Below, piece after piece: positions 63,852 to 64,000 of a DNA stretch of 64,000 bases (positions are counted from its first letter, which is position 1; each line of letters starts with the position of its first letter). The stretch is taken from sequence record PP496436.1. One strand, written 5' to 3'. The notes below the pieces were generated by a model. The model was not told where the DNA came from and did no database searches. It was given only the letters and a program-made list of their open reading frames with translations. A program made the position numbers and the translations under genes.

Positions 63852-64000
63852 ATATATTCTTCGTCCACGCTGATCCTGTTATTGCCGCAAGCATGCTCTG
63901 CGACCAGCATGTGACCAAGATGATCACCGAGTCAATCCAGATGCTGTGTACGGCGCACCGATGGTTCGGTAACGAAGATATGCCGTATGCCTCGATGAAC
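63848..64000 (+). CDS. Pyrimidine-dimer DNA glycosylase / endonuclease V-like, N-terminal part (runs off the window)
   Basis: Manual translation from GTG 63848: MNIFFVHADPVIAASMLCDQHVTKMITESIQMLCTAH, the hallmark N-terminus of this family. Confidence 0.8.
   Translation, partial: MNIFFVHADPVIAASMLCDQHVTKMITESIQMLCTAHRWFGNEDMPYASMN

Noticed and set aside
1-64000. Assigning the window to a named phage genus
   Set aside because: The gene content is reminiscent of non-nucleus-forming jumbo myophages, but the assignment cannot be supported without a database comparison.

Overview
A 64 kb, gene-dense, GC-rich segment of a large contractile-tailed (jumbo myovirus-like) bacteriophage genome. I found no tRNA, rRNA, CRISPR array, integrase or transposase. 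Layout from left to right: (1) 1-8.2 kb, minus strand: 5' end of an NAD-dependent DNA ligase, an HEXXH protein, an Acb1/T4 57B-like anti-CBASS 2H phosphoesterase and probable virion genes. (2) 8.3-10.2 kb: a plus-strand RuvC-like island. (3) 10.4-18.2 kb, minus strand: tail tube, a 947-aa tail sheath with four inserted repeats, major capsid protein, head decoration protein and a scaffold-like protein. (4) A SWIM-finger gene, a 928-aa divergent family-A-polymerase-like (TV-Pol-like) protein, and a ~0.8 kb non-coding, strand-skewed region. (5) 22.8-33 kb, minus strand: small accessory genes, a 2OG-Fe(II)-like protein, GNAT, RNase H and a UvrD-like helicase. (6) 33.2-46.5 kb, plus strand, the highlight: one tightly packed operon encoding an apparently catalytically dead LigA paralogue, two QueC-like PP-loop enzymes, a Gly/Pro-rich protein, four FemAB/dupli-GNAT-like paralogues, a PurD-like ATP-grasp ligase, two class I methyltransferases and an intact lysine 2,3-aminomutase. 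This looks like a phage-encoded beta-lysine/amide-ligation pathway whose target is unknown (DNA hypermodification, protein modification or a small molecule). (7) 46.7-64 kb, plus strand: type IIA topoisomerase B and A subunits, a J-domain protein, a HAD phosphatase, an HNH protein, a possible sigma-like factor, a dNMP kinase-like protein and the start of a pyrimidine-dimer glycosylase. Sigma70-type promoters coexist with a recurrent GTAAAT(G/A) motif upstream of many genes. All functional calls come from motif recognition by eye; no database search was run.
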